DNA of 64,000 bases. Origin: Antedon mediterranea. Its lineage: Eukaryota > Animalia > Echinodermata. Under the pieces are notes generated by a model that ran no database searches, was not told the DNA's origin, and saw only the letters and a program-made list of their open reading frames with translations. Positions 37,501-52,500 of the stretch are shown here, one piece after another; the stretch's first letter is position 1; each line of letters opens with the position of its first letter. The stretch spans positions 2,480,001 to 2,544,000 of the forward strand of contig NC_092673.1 in the NCBI RefSeq assembly GCF_964355755.1, written 5' to 3'. Both the position numbers and the translations under genes were made by a program.

Positions 37501-40500
37501 AGTGACAGAAGACAATGTAAATAAAATTTGAAGAATAACTCACTCTTTTTCAATACACAGTATAGTACAGTATCTATTGTTGTAAAATCTTGAGAAAATC
37601 TCATTTGAATCCTAATATTATACACTGTAGGAGAGAATTTTTCTGAAACTGAATGTTTGAGAAACGTTGTTGCATTAGTTAGAGGAAAAATGGCAAAATC
37701 AGCACTGCGGTCATGTAACAGATTCGTCAGAAAAACATACTGTAGACTATATGATAACTTAAAACCAATAGAAGAGGGATGCCTTTTGCCATTTTCCCCT
37801 AACTTAACATTTTTAGTACCAACAACAAAAAAGAAAAATTCTCTCCTACAAATGTTTTTTTTTTATTTATTCAATTTTCTTGTTGTCATAGAAAGTAAAC
37901 AAAATACCAAAGATTGTTAAAATCAAATCCATTGATTTCTATCTGAATACTAAAATTCAATTTAAAACAGGGTGCTTATGCTGTATATCAAGTTGCAATA
38001 TAATTATTAAATGTATCTGTAGATCTACAAATAATTTTCAAAACATTGGATTCAATTCATACAGATTGATCAAGAGATAGTGAGTATACTGCAGGTCAAA
38101 TTACATGATATTGTTGGTATTTATTACAAAATTGTAACAAATAGATCAGTATGAAAATAAACTTTCTTCAAATTATGTAACTCAGTGTTCTTTTATTGTA
38201 TTAAAATATAAGTAAACAATTAATAAATGTGGCACTCGTTTTGTTGAGGTTCCCATACAACGTGCAATTATTTGGTTGTCATACTTTAAAAACATTTTTT
38301 TCTTAATTGTGAATTTTGTGACTGTGTATTTTATGAAAGCATACTATTTTTGTACAGTATGTTTCTTATTGTATTTTTCTGTGTTTTTATGTATTTATTT
38401 ATTTCTAAATATTTTTAAGGCATCCTACAGTTTAATTGGCGATTTTTCACTGTTGGATGTACTGCAGTTGAAATAAAATAAAGTATTATAATAATTCAAT
38501 GATAATACAATACCACAATTGGTATCTATTTCTTTTATTCAATAGTTGCAATATTGTGTCATATTATGTGTCAAACAATGACTTTCCAAGACTTTTCAGG
38601 ATTATTATTTAAAACGTATCATTACCATTTTTGGCATTTGAAGAAAGGAAAAAGTGAACTGCCGCTTCTACGGAGCGCGGCGGCAATGTTTTGAAGTCTG
38701 TGTTTGTCTCTTTTCATTATTTTCTTTTCTTTACAACTGTATTATAAATTACTTTGCTCTACTTCTGTTCTGCTCTAGTTAAAGCTTGAGTCCTTGAAAA
38801 TAACAAAGAAAAACTTTAATAGAAAAGAATAGAGAGAAGACACTAGACAGAACAAAAAGGGCAACAGGAAAGAAACTAAGTTTCGACAATAAGATGAATA
38901 GATACCGCTAAAATACAAACTGTCAGTAGAAAAAGGTAAATTTGTTCTTCTTCATAAAATAACCTAAAAAACAGCAACTGTCGTCCAACAATAAAACCAA
39001 ACTTTCCTTCCTGAATTCTTTAACTTTTAAAATACATTGTAAAACATTCTGGCCAGTAGGGCCTATTTACATTTCAAAGATTTTACTTTCTTGAATTGCA
39101 GTAGAACAACTCATATCATATAGTGACCCAATCAAATGTCCTATTAATATGGGCATAGAGGTTGTTAAAACCTACAATATTACTTGTGCAAATATTTTCT
39201 TCTGGCTTCTATTGGTACATTAATGATAGTTTATTGAGTGTAAACCTGTATAACTATAGGCTAAGTTATACTCAACAAACTATCATATTATTATTATTAA
39301 TATACAATATCACTTGTTTACAAGAAAGTGTCCTCTTAATATCCCCTGTATAGGATGTTCCAAAAAGGGGGATCTACTACATTTAAATAACAGTGTATTT
39401 GTACATCTTTATTTTATAGATATATACATCATTCATAGACTTTACTTATTATATTACTTATATAACAATTTCATGTTCGCCTTGTTGTGTTCATGACAAT
39501 AAAGAATATCTTATCTTATCTTATCTTATACTAATCTTAAAAATAATGTAACTGAAATACTAGAATCTACATTGTTTAGTTAATTACAGTATGTTAACAA
39601 TGACATTACAACATTATTTGTTCGTTATACATCCTGCGAAATGTACAATATATTTCTTCCTTTGTTCTCACGTTGACCTTCCAGAATACATCTGCTGGTT
39701 TGTGTAGATTCAAGTTTATGTTCAGGTTTTACGTTATTAACGGAGCAATGAGATAAACAAAGCGGATTTAACAACATAACCGGTACAGCAAACATGACAA
39801 GTCATTTTTAAAATGTGAAAGTGGAATGAATTCTATATTTAGAAACAAAATGCTTTGTATTTAAATCGTTTCATTTACTATTTATTTATCATCTAAAAAA
39901 GAATGATTGTGATAATACAGGGATACTGAATGGATACATTTGGATGACTGAGCGAGTACAGTTCCAGCGGCCACGGGTATGAAATTTGGGAAAAAGTAGG
40001 GGGTAGTATTCCTCTATATTCCAATCGCACTAACTTAGGGGGTGGCATTACTGTGTACTCCAGTGGATACTATAAGTCTTGTGACCAACTGAATTAGTTG
40101 AGGCTCATCAAATAGGCAATTAAATACTATATTTAAAAATTAATTTAATGTGTAGTTTGAGTATAATTGAGTTTTAATTGCTATTAAGGATTTCTTTGTT
40201 TAAAAGGCAAAGTCACCCATGTATTTTCAGAAAATATAAAAGCCAAAGTAGCAAATTTAGTTTATACTTAGTGAGAAGAATATCGTTTGTATTGAAAACA
40301 TTTTTTGCCATAAATCACTTTCCATGACAAAATATCTTTTCAGGAATACACATTTAAAATATCAAGCAAACATTTGCTTAATCATATACGACCTGGTCTG
40401 CATTTGGCCAAGTATATGTTAACATTTTAAAGTGTGGATTATATATGATGGGTAGGGCTTGCTATATCCCTCATTAGAGGCTTAACGTAGCAAAGTGCAA

Positions 40501-43500
40501 GCTGAATGTTAGCCTAGGACAGCTGCCTAAAATGACAGTAGTTGCCGACAAATCAATCAGACTTCTGAAAGCAATCCGATGGATTCGCCTTTCAAGAAAA
40601 AAATCAAGAAGTGAATGTTATTCCTAGGAGACATGATTTGTGACGATAGGTTTTTTAAAAATAGAAAACCTGACTCGACAATAAAATTGTTGTCACTCCA
40701 AAAAACAACGTTCAAAAAGAATATGAATATTCTGAAAAATAGACAGAACATCATCAGTGTAACGACGATGCGTGATGGTTACTTAAATGGAGTGTTTTTA
40801 AGAATTCAAAATAAATTCACTTTTATTGAAGATACAGCTAAACCAATATTCTCAATGCATTTTGAATTTATATGTTGTACTGTAGCATGTCATTAGACTG
40901 TAAAAGAAAGGTTACAGTATGAAAATGTGTTCTAAGTACGCAGAAAAATTCAAATTGGGGTTGTTGCATAAGCTATCACAATTTATATTATATATACTTT
41001 ATAGATAAAATTACAGTATATTGTACACACTGAATATTCTCAATGCATTTTAAATTTATATATGTAGCATTTCATTAAACTGTAAATCTGAAATTGGGGT
41101 TGTTACATAAACTATAACAATTTTAGTAATAGATTATATTGGATATAAATTACAGCATACAAACTGAACTGTCTCAATGCCCATACAATCAACAATCCAA
41201 AGATGCTCCTCATTATCAAATTGCCGCAGTCCTAGGCTAATGAACAACAACAAATACCTTGGTTGAAACCCAATAAGATCTGTTCTTAAAGCATACAGGG
41301 CCGGAGGTGTACAGTATGCAGGCCTAGTCTCTGCTTCTATATGTCTATAACCAGAACACCCATTAGGGGACTCCCGCCAGAGATCTGTGATATTATCTTA
41401 TCCAAATTTACTAGGAATTGCACGACCTCGTTAAAATCATCTTCTCTCGATTGTGTTGCCTACTATCAGAAAGCAATAACGCACCCAGCCGTGCCGCTAA
41501 TTACAACAATAATATTTCGTCAAGTTCTCACGCATTCAAAATATAACATCGTGACAGGATGCACGTTATTCGTTAACTACAATATGAGATTTCATTGATG
41601 ACACCCTAGTAGTAGTAGGTTGTATACCACAAGCATATCTTTCATTACTACCTACAGCAATAGTACTGCAGGATATTTATGGATTAGAATATTAGACCTT
41701 ATAACAGAAGACAATTCTTTGGATAGATGAAAACAGGGAAAGCTGAATGGTTATATTAATAAAACTGTACAACATGATGCATCACTGGTTTTCATTGATG
41801 ACATTTGGAGACATAATATTTGGCTTGTTAAGAACTGCTCCCGAGCAAGTTAGTCTTTTATCCCACGGGAGAACGATGATGATTATGTCGCTATTCATAA
41901 TCATATCGGCAATCCCAAACGCTCTACTTTGCAATTATCATAAATTATCAATACCATTCTTTCAACAAATCTGAATGCTTGCAATTCAAGAAAAATTTGG
42001 TAGAATAATAAATATTTTTTAAATAATTTATCATGTCTTTTTTCAAGAAAAATAAAAATTATCAGAGTGGAAAAAATTATTATATCAAGAAAGTATTCAA
42101 ACCTTTTGAACTTTTATGCAAAACTGGATGAATACTGTACCAGATAATTACTTTTTTCTCTTCAGTGTATGTAAAGAAATAAACCCATAAGATAAGATTA
42201 TTATATAGTAATAATATGGTAAATCTTTTAAATATTTAAATATTCCTAGATATATAGTTAATAAAAATCTTAGTTTTATTTTAAATATTCCTCGATATAC
42301 TGCATAGTAGTAGTACAGTAGAAAGGTAAAGAAAAGAAATATTCATTTTATGGTATATTTTGCTGATGTTTTAAATACATCACCAGTAAGTTGTACCGAT
42401 TTAATTCTCTGAATTGACATAACTGATGCTGTAAATTTACTTTATCCAATAAGAAGGAGCAAAGGTCAAATTGTAGAGAAATGTGCAGCTATGTATTGTG
42501 GTGCTACTGTACATGCTATAGAAAGCTACATGTTATTCATCAACCTATTTATCATAGTGGAATAAAGTATGCTTTTTTCATACACAACACATTACCCACA
42601 TCAATCTTAATTCCTACTGTACATATGTATTTACACCTCCAGTCAACATTGGTGTTAGGCAACCCACCATCCACAAACAACATCAAAAACGCTCACAATT
42701 CATTTTAACGTTATCAAGATAAATGTGTGCTGTCACGCAGCAAAAACCTATTTAAGCATTCAGGTTTTTTGTGTTGTTTAATTGCACATCTTTAGGTAAG
42801 AGTGGAACTCTGGAGCAAACCTAGCTAAGCATCTATTGATTCAATCTTTTGCTAGATTTGACAAGCTTTTGTTCGAGTTCAACACTGTGCAATATATTAC
42901 ACACAGCGGCATCATTTAAGAGTCGGTAGGCTGCAAGCTAACATGCATGCTACCAAGACCATTGTGTGATCACGTCCGTGCATCGGTGCCACGCCTGTGT
43001 CGACAACAACACTAGGTAAACAAACCAGGCTCAGATATCACAGTTTCAATTGTGTATTGTATTTGGTTAATTTACAATAATTCATAATATAATCTTTAAT
43101 AAGAAACGGCAACGAGCCGTGAATGGAATAATATATTTTCTGGGGTCAGTACACCAATATGACTGTGAAATTTATTCCCATTGACCTTTACCCTAGTTTT
43201 ATTAAAAACATGAAATTTAAACTCAAATTTATTGTTGTTTTATTTGTTGAAATGCTATATTTCCACATTTAACACATAGAATAGTTAGAAATGATTTCTG
43301 TGCATTGCAAATTTTCAAGCATATTAAGCAGTTTGCCAAAGGCACTGTTTTACTATGCAAATAATGTAATATTTGATTGAGGAACACAATTAAGAAAATT
43401 CTTTTTAAGAAGCCACTCAAAGCTAAAATCTCGAGGGATATTCCAACTGAGGTTCTTCAAATAACTACAGCAAATACTTCAGCATGCCGTCAAGTGAAAG

Positions 43501-46500
43501 AAAACAACAACGTGAAGAGTTTGACCTGCAAAAGGTCAAACGAGTGAAACTTTAGAAATGAGTGACTTGCCGATCAAACTCGGCACATTAAGATCATCGC
43601 CGATGTAATGTTGGCAATTTGAGATAATTCTTGTAGTTTCCATCCCTAATTGCTTCCTAATTGGTACATTTTATACTCCCTACTCCACCTAGAACTTTAT
43701 TAACCTATCATACATCCGCTTCAAACTCTCCTAAACATAATTAATAATACCTTGCCCTCAGCAATTATGGAATAGATCCAAGAACCTGCAAAGAATCGTT
43801 AAGACGGCAGATTCCTGATTAGTATACAGGTCATATACAGTACTACTGTATGTTCTCACCTCTCGTTGTGGGTAGTTAATATATTTATAATATAGTTAGT
43901 ACATTAAGTTTCTGCTGCCAAAAATATACCGTATATATACGGTATATTTTATATACGGTATATTTTTTGGCAGCAGAAATGGGTCTCATAAAAAATATAC
44001 CGTATATATATGCGGTATATATACCGCATAAATATCCCCATCGTTTGTGGATATTATACGGTATATTCCAAAATATACCGTATATTTCGTACCCCGTTTC
44101 TGCTGCACTCAAAATATACCGTATATGTGACCCGGCCCATGACACGAGGTCAAAAACTAACAGAGCGTGACGCGTTTGTTTGGGTTTTTCTGCTGCATTG
44201 ACACACGCGTGTATAATAAGCAAGCAACAGATCAAAATATCACTGTGGACTGAAGAAATAACTATTTTTGCAATTCAATTGTTTGTTTTTGTCATGTAAC
44301 CTCACTACACGAGACTCTAGGTCAATCCATACTTCTGTCTCACAAAATGTATTTTGGGTATATGAAAGCCAACTTTTTTTACAGCCCACCCACGAAGTAT
44401 GTGCAGCGGAAACGGTGCACGAATTTCATATACGGTATATATACGGTATATTTATACGGTATATTTATACGGTATATTTGGGATTGGCAGCAGAAACAGG
44501 GCCCAAGTCATATTCAATCAAATATTAAACTGTAAAGCATTTTGTAATAAAATTATACTTTAAATCAGGAGTACAAACAATTTACAAGAAAAAAATACTA
44601 TTTCAGGGATTTCACCAATTTTTCGGAATGCCTGGTCGGCCAAAACACCCCTACCCCCAACCTCGGGGACTTTCATACATCTGCATCTCAGAACCATAAA
44701 CCACCTTCCTGCTATATTCTATATCAAATTATCCCTTTTTTCGTTATCCATTCAGTTATCGAACCGCCTACTGTAGTATTTTTTTATTCAGTAACAACCA
44801 GAGACAATGCTTTTCTATAATAGCTAGGGTCCATCCACCATTGTTAATGAGAAACAATGCACTGCAATAGCTACAGTAGTTTCAATCCTTTTCACTGTGA
44901 ACCTTGCTATTGTTTTAGCCTTCACACCAGTTCCACCCAATTTCACTTATATTCCCAGTTTCCTGGACTTTCTGCTTTCTCACTCCTGAGGACGATCAAA
45001 GTATATTGATCAAAATGTCAAGAAACTAATTAGTTCTTATCAGAACTAAATATACGTGGTATACTGCAAACTTTATATTAAGCAAAAACTGTTAACATTT
45101 TCATTTCATATTGTAGAACCTGATCCATCACTTGGACAAGATAAACTAACCATCCATTCAGTATCAACATCATTGACTGATTACTTCTTTCAATCATGTG
45201 AGTTATTTACTGCGAGATTGTCAAGCAAACGTCTAAGCAAATATCACACCAGCCATCAGGATTAATAGGAACAGGGGTGGGTGGGATTTTCTTAAAATAA
45301 ATGTAATAAAAAAACCTCTAATAAAATTGTTCTTCTAAAAATTGTAATCTTGGGCTTTACTATGAATCATCAATTTTTGTTGCCGTAAACAGTCCTTCAA
45401 GCTCTGTCAAAAAAGTATGATACGATCAAAAATGGTAGTGATATGACATCATCATGTCCATATATGGGCACATCACATTTTTGCGTCACATAAAATTTGA
45501 TAGTGTAGACAGAACTTTATTCGAGTACTGTAGTTAAATCATTCTGTGCGCATGTTGATTGTTTATCAATCGTCGATCTACTTTAGATTTAACAAGTTGT
45601 ATATGTACTTACAATTTTTTAAGTTGCCTCAAACCATTGAAATCGCCCTTCCTCAGAATCGTGATGTCATTATTGCTCAGATCACTACAAAAAAATAAAT
45701 ATAAAAACAATAGTAAGTTAAGATTGATTTTCCTTGCCTTCCCTTTTCATGATAGACTTAGTGGCAGGATGGGTTTCACACAGTGCAGAATAATAATTAC
45801 TGTATAAGATGTAGTACATGACTTTGTTCAAATAAAATTCATTATTTTGTATATAGTACAGTATAAATAGAGTACAGTATTCCTTTACACAGACTGTGTA
45901 CTGTACAAAGTGTGGAATGTTTTTTGTACAGCTATAATTGCCTGATTCTACATACTGTGTAGTAAAGCCTAATTTATAATCTGTATCTATCCTCAGCTGA
46001 CACCGCCCATCCGCTCCGCACTTTGTGTAAATGGTCATAAGGAATAACATAGATTCTATATTTTTATTACCGTTTCCAGCTCACTGTGTAAATTGGCTTT
46101 TAGTGATATTAAGTTTTAAAGGCTATAGCTATTGATGTATCTACATATGGTATTTTGGTCCTAAACACTTGACTTGATTACTGTACTGTAGGTATGGGTA
46201 CAGGTAAAGTAATGAAATTAATTATAATGTTCAAAACTCCCGCCTGATACTGGATCAAGACAGTTGTTACCTACTCATCTGTATTTAAAATAACTGTACA
46301 CTGCAAATGTAGTCATGCTAAATATAGCGAGTTAAAAGAAAGCTGACAGACAAGAACAAATTGCGGTATATGTATAGATTAAAGTATCAAAGTAGATTAT
46401 GTAGTAAGGTAACATTCAAGGCTATTCAATCTATGTCATCCATTTCAATGGCTAAAATAAATGCATTTAACATTCATATGATCATTAAGATAGAAAACCC

Positions 46501-49500
46501 AACAAGTTACAAACCTGCTTTAAATAAAACACAAACGCCTTCATAACATTACCAAAGATACAATTGATTATTTTAAATCAAAACAAATACTATAACTGTA
46601 TAGTATTATAATAAAAATAAATGATTTAAAATTCAATTTTTCATATCATAAAAAAGTTATTTTAAATCAAAACAAATATTATAACTGTACAGTATTATAA
46701 TAAAAATAAATGATTTAAAATTCAATTTTTCATCATAAAAAAGTTATTTTAAATCAAAACAAATATTATAACTGTATAGTATTATATTAAAAATAAATGA
46801 TTTAATATTACATTTTTCATATCATAAAAAAGTTATGAAGTTGAAGAAACACATTAAATTTAAGGTACAGTGTAGGCAAGAAAAACATGTTTCATATAGT
46901 AGAACATCCCCACCCCCTTTGTGTGTGGTATGGGGGTGAGTTGTACTGCACAAAAAAAATGGGGAGGGGGGAGGGGAAGGAAGACACCCATTTTAATTAA
47001 AAGGACACCTGCAATATTAACCAGGGGAAATATGTTTTAACATGGCAATCAATCCCTATTTAAGGTACACAATTTGTTTGGTCCTAAAGGTGTCCCCTTA
47101 ATAGGGATACTAACTACTACTACAGTACTGTAATTATTATTATGTCATGCCTAAACTGATTTCAGTTTATTGACATTGTAAATCCAATGATGAGTTTATT
47201 GACTGAAGAAATTCTATTTAATCTTTGCCGAGATCAAGTATTTATGAAGACAGATTTATTTAGTTATAAGATTATTACATCTGATATCAATCAAAGTATT
47301 TTACACACATTATTAACCTTGGCTATTAGTCTTGGTCAGTTCTGGCAACAATTATGGTTCTAAAAAATGGCTGTAAATAGTGCTTAAGGTAGATTGAAGT
47401 TAGTTAAATTGTATTAATATTTAATGTACGGTATTTTATAATAATAATAATAATATACAATACCTGTAATTATTAAAACTGTTTGATTGTTTTCTTTGTT
47501 TACCACACACATATTGAATTGAAATTTTACTATAATGGATTAGCCTGTAACTCATGCCCTCAACAGTACTGTGCTACCATCAACATTTCTTTTCGAAATC
47601 AATCTATTTTCCCCAAAAAACACTTTAGTTTAAAAGTTCCATTCCCTACATTTTTCACGCTGCTGCTCTAGCCCGCTACGTCCCATTAGGACTACTCAAT
47701 CAGAAGCTAAAGCAAGCAGCAGTTATAGTTCTAAGGACGACAGTTTTGCGAAAATGGAAACTCCACTATAATTTATTGATTCCAGCTGCTACAGTAGACC
47801 CAAAAAACATCTGGGAAAAGAGTCTATTAGGACATGTCATGCTAAAATTACAAATCCCACAGCATTTCTGGTATATTCACTGTCAGATATTCATCGAATT
47901 ATTATCGAAAGAGTCCATTAAAGTTTGTGTTTGTAATAGGATACTGTACTTCACACTTGAAATATCTAGGGTGATGAAGTGACCCCCCAGACTTGACCTT
48001 AGCAATAAAATTAACTAAAGTGACTAAAATTGAGTATTCACTTCTGTAACAAAAAAATAATATTTATTCACATATAAAAAGAGAAAAGAAACCCAAAAAC
48101 CATTGTCTGACAGACAATTTAAATATTTGTTGCTTTAAATTACATTTTTTTCAGGTAAAATAACTATTATGTGACAATAAAATGACACATTAAAAAACAT
48201 TTGACATAAAAAAATATTTTTTAATAATCGAGCAGCATTTTTTGCAAGAAATATTTCTTGTTAGAACTTATTTAAGGTCACAAATTACATTTACTGTAAA
48301 AATAAATACCACAGTACTATACTGTACTATGGTACTAACTACTATAGTATTGCTATAACATTTTTCGTCTTTAAACGGTTAAAAATGTGAAAAATAAGTT
48401 GATAATTTAATGCAGCAACTAGACAACGGCAGACTAGGCCTATAGCTAGCGTACGATGTTGATACAGTACTGTTGTTTATCAGGTATGCCTACACAACTA
48501 CTGTAAGCCTAGACCGTCCACGAGAGAACATTCACCGCGAGCTAAGGTATATGCACATTGTTTTCTCTTTTTATCATAATTTACCAGGAATGACCTGGTT
48601 TAATGTTTTTAAGGTAATATGCATTATTTTTATGAAACATCAACAATTGTAGGGAATGGGTCTTTAACAAAGTTAAATGGTAAATTACCCACAATTACGG
48701 TATGTAGCAAAATATCCACTGTAGCACTAAATGCAGTTAATATTTTTATTTTTCTTTTAAATTACATATCAAGGAAGATGAGTTTATTGTCAGTGCAGAT
48801 ACCGTTTCCATAATGTACATATACAGTAGTACTGTATTATTCAGTATTTTAATCATATTGCTAAAGGCAAAGCATTGAACATGTAAAATAGTAATATCTT
48901 AATGAACAAGCTGCTTCCATGTGAATGCAATACGCCATTTCTATTATCACAAATTGTAATTACAACAACGAGTTACGAATAAAACAACACGATTGAAATT
49001 ATAAACGAAAAAACCTAGACGCGTTGTCTGCAAAAACGATTTTTTATGGCTTTACATTTGATATTTAATTCTCTATTTCATGTTCATTGTAAAAAGCGAT
49101 GCCTATTCATAGTTTTATAGAGATTCGTATTATTAAAAGTATGATGAAAAGATACTTAAGAATGAACTCAAGATAATATTGCTTTAAACATTCGAAGATG
49201 ACACATTTTGTAAAGATGAACTACGAGTGACTCAATTGTTTCGTTTTAATATCTTCTTAACAATGATTGTAAAGTTGAACTCAAATGTACAGAGTACATG
49301 ATGAATATCTAGAAAATATAGAACAGGTTCATACACAAACTTTGCGATGATTACTTTTATCTTCTATAAAGCACGTTTCATTTTTTAAGAGTATACAGGT
49401 AGATGATATCATACTTAAGCTCTGTCTACACTATCAAACTAGATGACAAAAACAGTGTGATGTGCCCACATACAGAGAAAAATTTCATTTGAAGATTTTG

Positions 49501-52500
49501 TTTAGCAAAATTGCTAATCAAACTGATTTTTTAGTCAAGAAACATAGTTTTGTATTGTATTTTTTGCTACACAATTGTAGAAATGTGTAGCAAAAAGGTT
49601 GTTTTGTATAGCTTTTTGCTATGCTACACTGGCGAAATTATTCCCTGACATATGGTAGTGATATACTTAAATATGGTAGTGATATGACATCATCATGTCC
49701 ATATTTGGGCAATCACATTTCTTGTCACATAGCGTTTGATAGTGTAGACAGAGCTTAAATTAATGTTGACTTCAAAATAATGTAGACTACTGTTGAATTT
49801 ACAGTAAATTCAAAATATAGGCTTTGCATTTATGTTGATATCGATTAGTTGTAGCCCTAATATCAATGCAAAATTACTTTCTTTTTTACATTACACTACT
49901 CAGGGAGTATTTTACAACTCCCTGCACTAATACTGTGTTCCTCGGGTATAATCCCACTTCAGGTCTAATCCCACCTCCTACTTTATGCCTGATTTCACCA
50001 ACAGGCACATCCCCGAGTATAGTCCTAATGTTGTTTTAATCTGGATGTACTGTAGGCCTCTCTCTAGCCAAGTAAGATGAGGTTTTACAAGAAATGCTTA
50101 CCAATCATTTTTTTTTCTAAACCAGGCTTTCCCTGGAGTATGGTCTTCACCCCACAAAGTCACCCCAATTTTGTGTTCTAAGAGGATACTAGAGGATATA
50201 TGGTAATATTTTACAGTATATACCGTGACAGAAAACAGTTCCTTCTGCCAAACTACTAACAAATTGTAGACTGATATACACAAACTACTACACACACAGT
50301 AAATATGTTTTTATTTTATTGTTTTCACATTTAATGGAATGTTAACAAATGTGCATGCGCATCCATGCTTTAAGCATTTTAATTCCCTAAATACATGAAA
50401 TGTTAATGTGATAGATTAAAATGCATGGAGATGAAGTAGAGCACATCTCATAAAACAATCATGGGACTTGAACCAGCCTGTGAAGGCGAAAGTTAAAGTA
50501 CCAACCATGTTTAATTTATTTGGTTATATTAAAAGAATCGTGCAGCAGAATAAATTATTAATTATAAAACCTATATTAAGTTCAAAATAAAATAAATATA
50601 TTATTTTTATATGTACACTGTAGTATACAGTAGTAATGATAACAACAATTTGAAATGTAAAAATGTATGTTTGTATGATGTAGTATGTTTAATTTAAGCG
50701 GATATTAGCCCTTGATGCCATTTGCAGCAATAAAGAAATTGAATTGAATTATACGGTTTGGTGTAAAATTCTAGTTATTATTACATTTTTTTTTTTTATT
50801 TTTATAAATTGCAATTTTTGTGCCACAAAAGTGTATGTTCAAATAAATTAATATATTATCATCATTTATCTTCTAGCGATTGGTTGAAAAAGAGCATCAT
50901 ATCAATACATTCTCTGTATTTCAGAACATTTGCATGTTGGACAAAATAGTAAATACTAGTAGATTACAGTAGAAGGTACATTTTACTTTTTACGTTTCTA
51001 TCGTTATTTAGAACTTCATCCTTTGGGAATATATTAATGTAGTTCACTGTCTGTACTGTATGTTACAAATATAACCATAATGCTGCTGGTACATACAATT
51101 TCTCCATCAACATTCTTCCATTTACGACAAAGAATAATTACAAATTATCAGGCTTTGTTTGTTAGCATAGACATATGGTAATTACACGAAACTGATACAC
51201 ACAAAATATCATATTGCACAACAATATCATGGTATAGTTATAGCGGCCGTATATCATGCTCTTCATTAAATACCACAACCGACAGATTTGATATCAAAGG
51301 TCTTAAATCAGTATCCTTTCTTCAGAATAATTCATCCTGTATAATAATTAGAAAACATAGATGACGATGTTGAAGAGCATATACAATAAATCATTTTCAT
51401 TCTACAATTTTTAAGATTGTTTTTATTATCATAGGAGATGGAAAAATACTTTTAACTACTAACATTGAATAGGCACAGTTGATTTGACTAGTTTTGTATA
51501 GCTCTCCTTGTGGGATTGACAGAAATCAAAGGGATAAAGAAAAACCATAAAGTACAGTTGTTGACATGGCAAAACATAGGGAAACGCTACAGTACTGTAT
51601 AGTAAAGGCAGCGAAAGAAGGCTGTGATGTGGGTGGGTGGGTGGGTGGCAGAAATCTAAAGGGCAGGTGGCAGAAAGCTAAGTGCGGGTGGCAGAAAGCT
51701 AAGGGCTAGTAGCAGAAAGCTAAAAGGGCAGGTGGCAGAAAACTAAGGGTACATAAAAAGCAAAAGGCGGGTTGTAGTAAGCGAAGGGAAGGTGGCAGAA
51801 AGCTAAGGGCAGATGGCAGAAAGCTAAGGGCAGATGGCAGAAAGCTAAGGGCAGATGGCAGTAAGCGAAGGGAAGGTGGCAGAAAGCTAAGGGAAGGTGG
51901 CAGAAAGCTAAGGGCAGATGGCTAAGTGAAGGGCAGGTGGTAGAAAGTGAAGGGCATGTGGCAGAAATCTAAGGGCAGGTGATAAAAAGCTAATGACGGG
52001 TGGCAAACAGCTTTTAGGAAGTAACTCTAAGCTACTGTACAGAACCTACAGTATCTAGCAGTACTGCTGTCCTACATTTTATTTGTGCCAACTATTACTT
52101 TCCTCTTAAAAATTTGTCTAAATCAATAATTAATCTATATTAAAATTTATGCTAAAAACCCAGGGATTAGTTAAACTAGGACAGGAAAGAATTTAAAATG
52201 TTGACAGCAAACTTTAATCAATTATAATATTCATGACGATATAAAACGCACTAATTAATGAATCTGAAGAATCAATTTGTCTGCTGCAATAATACGTTCA
52301 CACTCTGCAACTATTATTCAATTAACGCAATCTGAGGCAGCATTACTCCAGATACCCAGAACAGTTGAGTCACCAAATCAACAAACGGACAACTGAAAGA
52401 GGACATTAGTTCATAGTTCTCGTATTACTCGTTAGAAGCGGGTTAATTGAGCATGCAACATCACTTAGATTTCATCTTCTACTGTATGTGTCCACAACCT

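Noticed and set aside
43885-44535. Cluster of Tyr/Ile-rich ORFs
   Set aside because: They derive from the aatataccgtat palindromic modules of a MITE.
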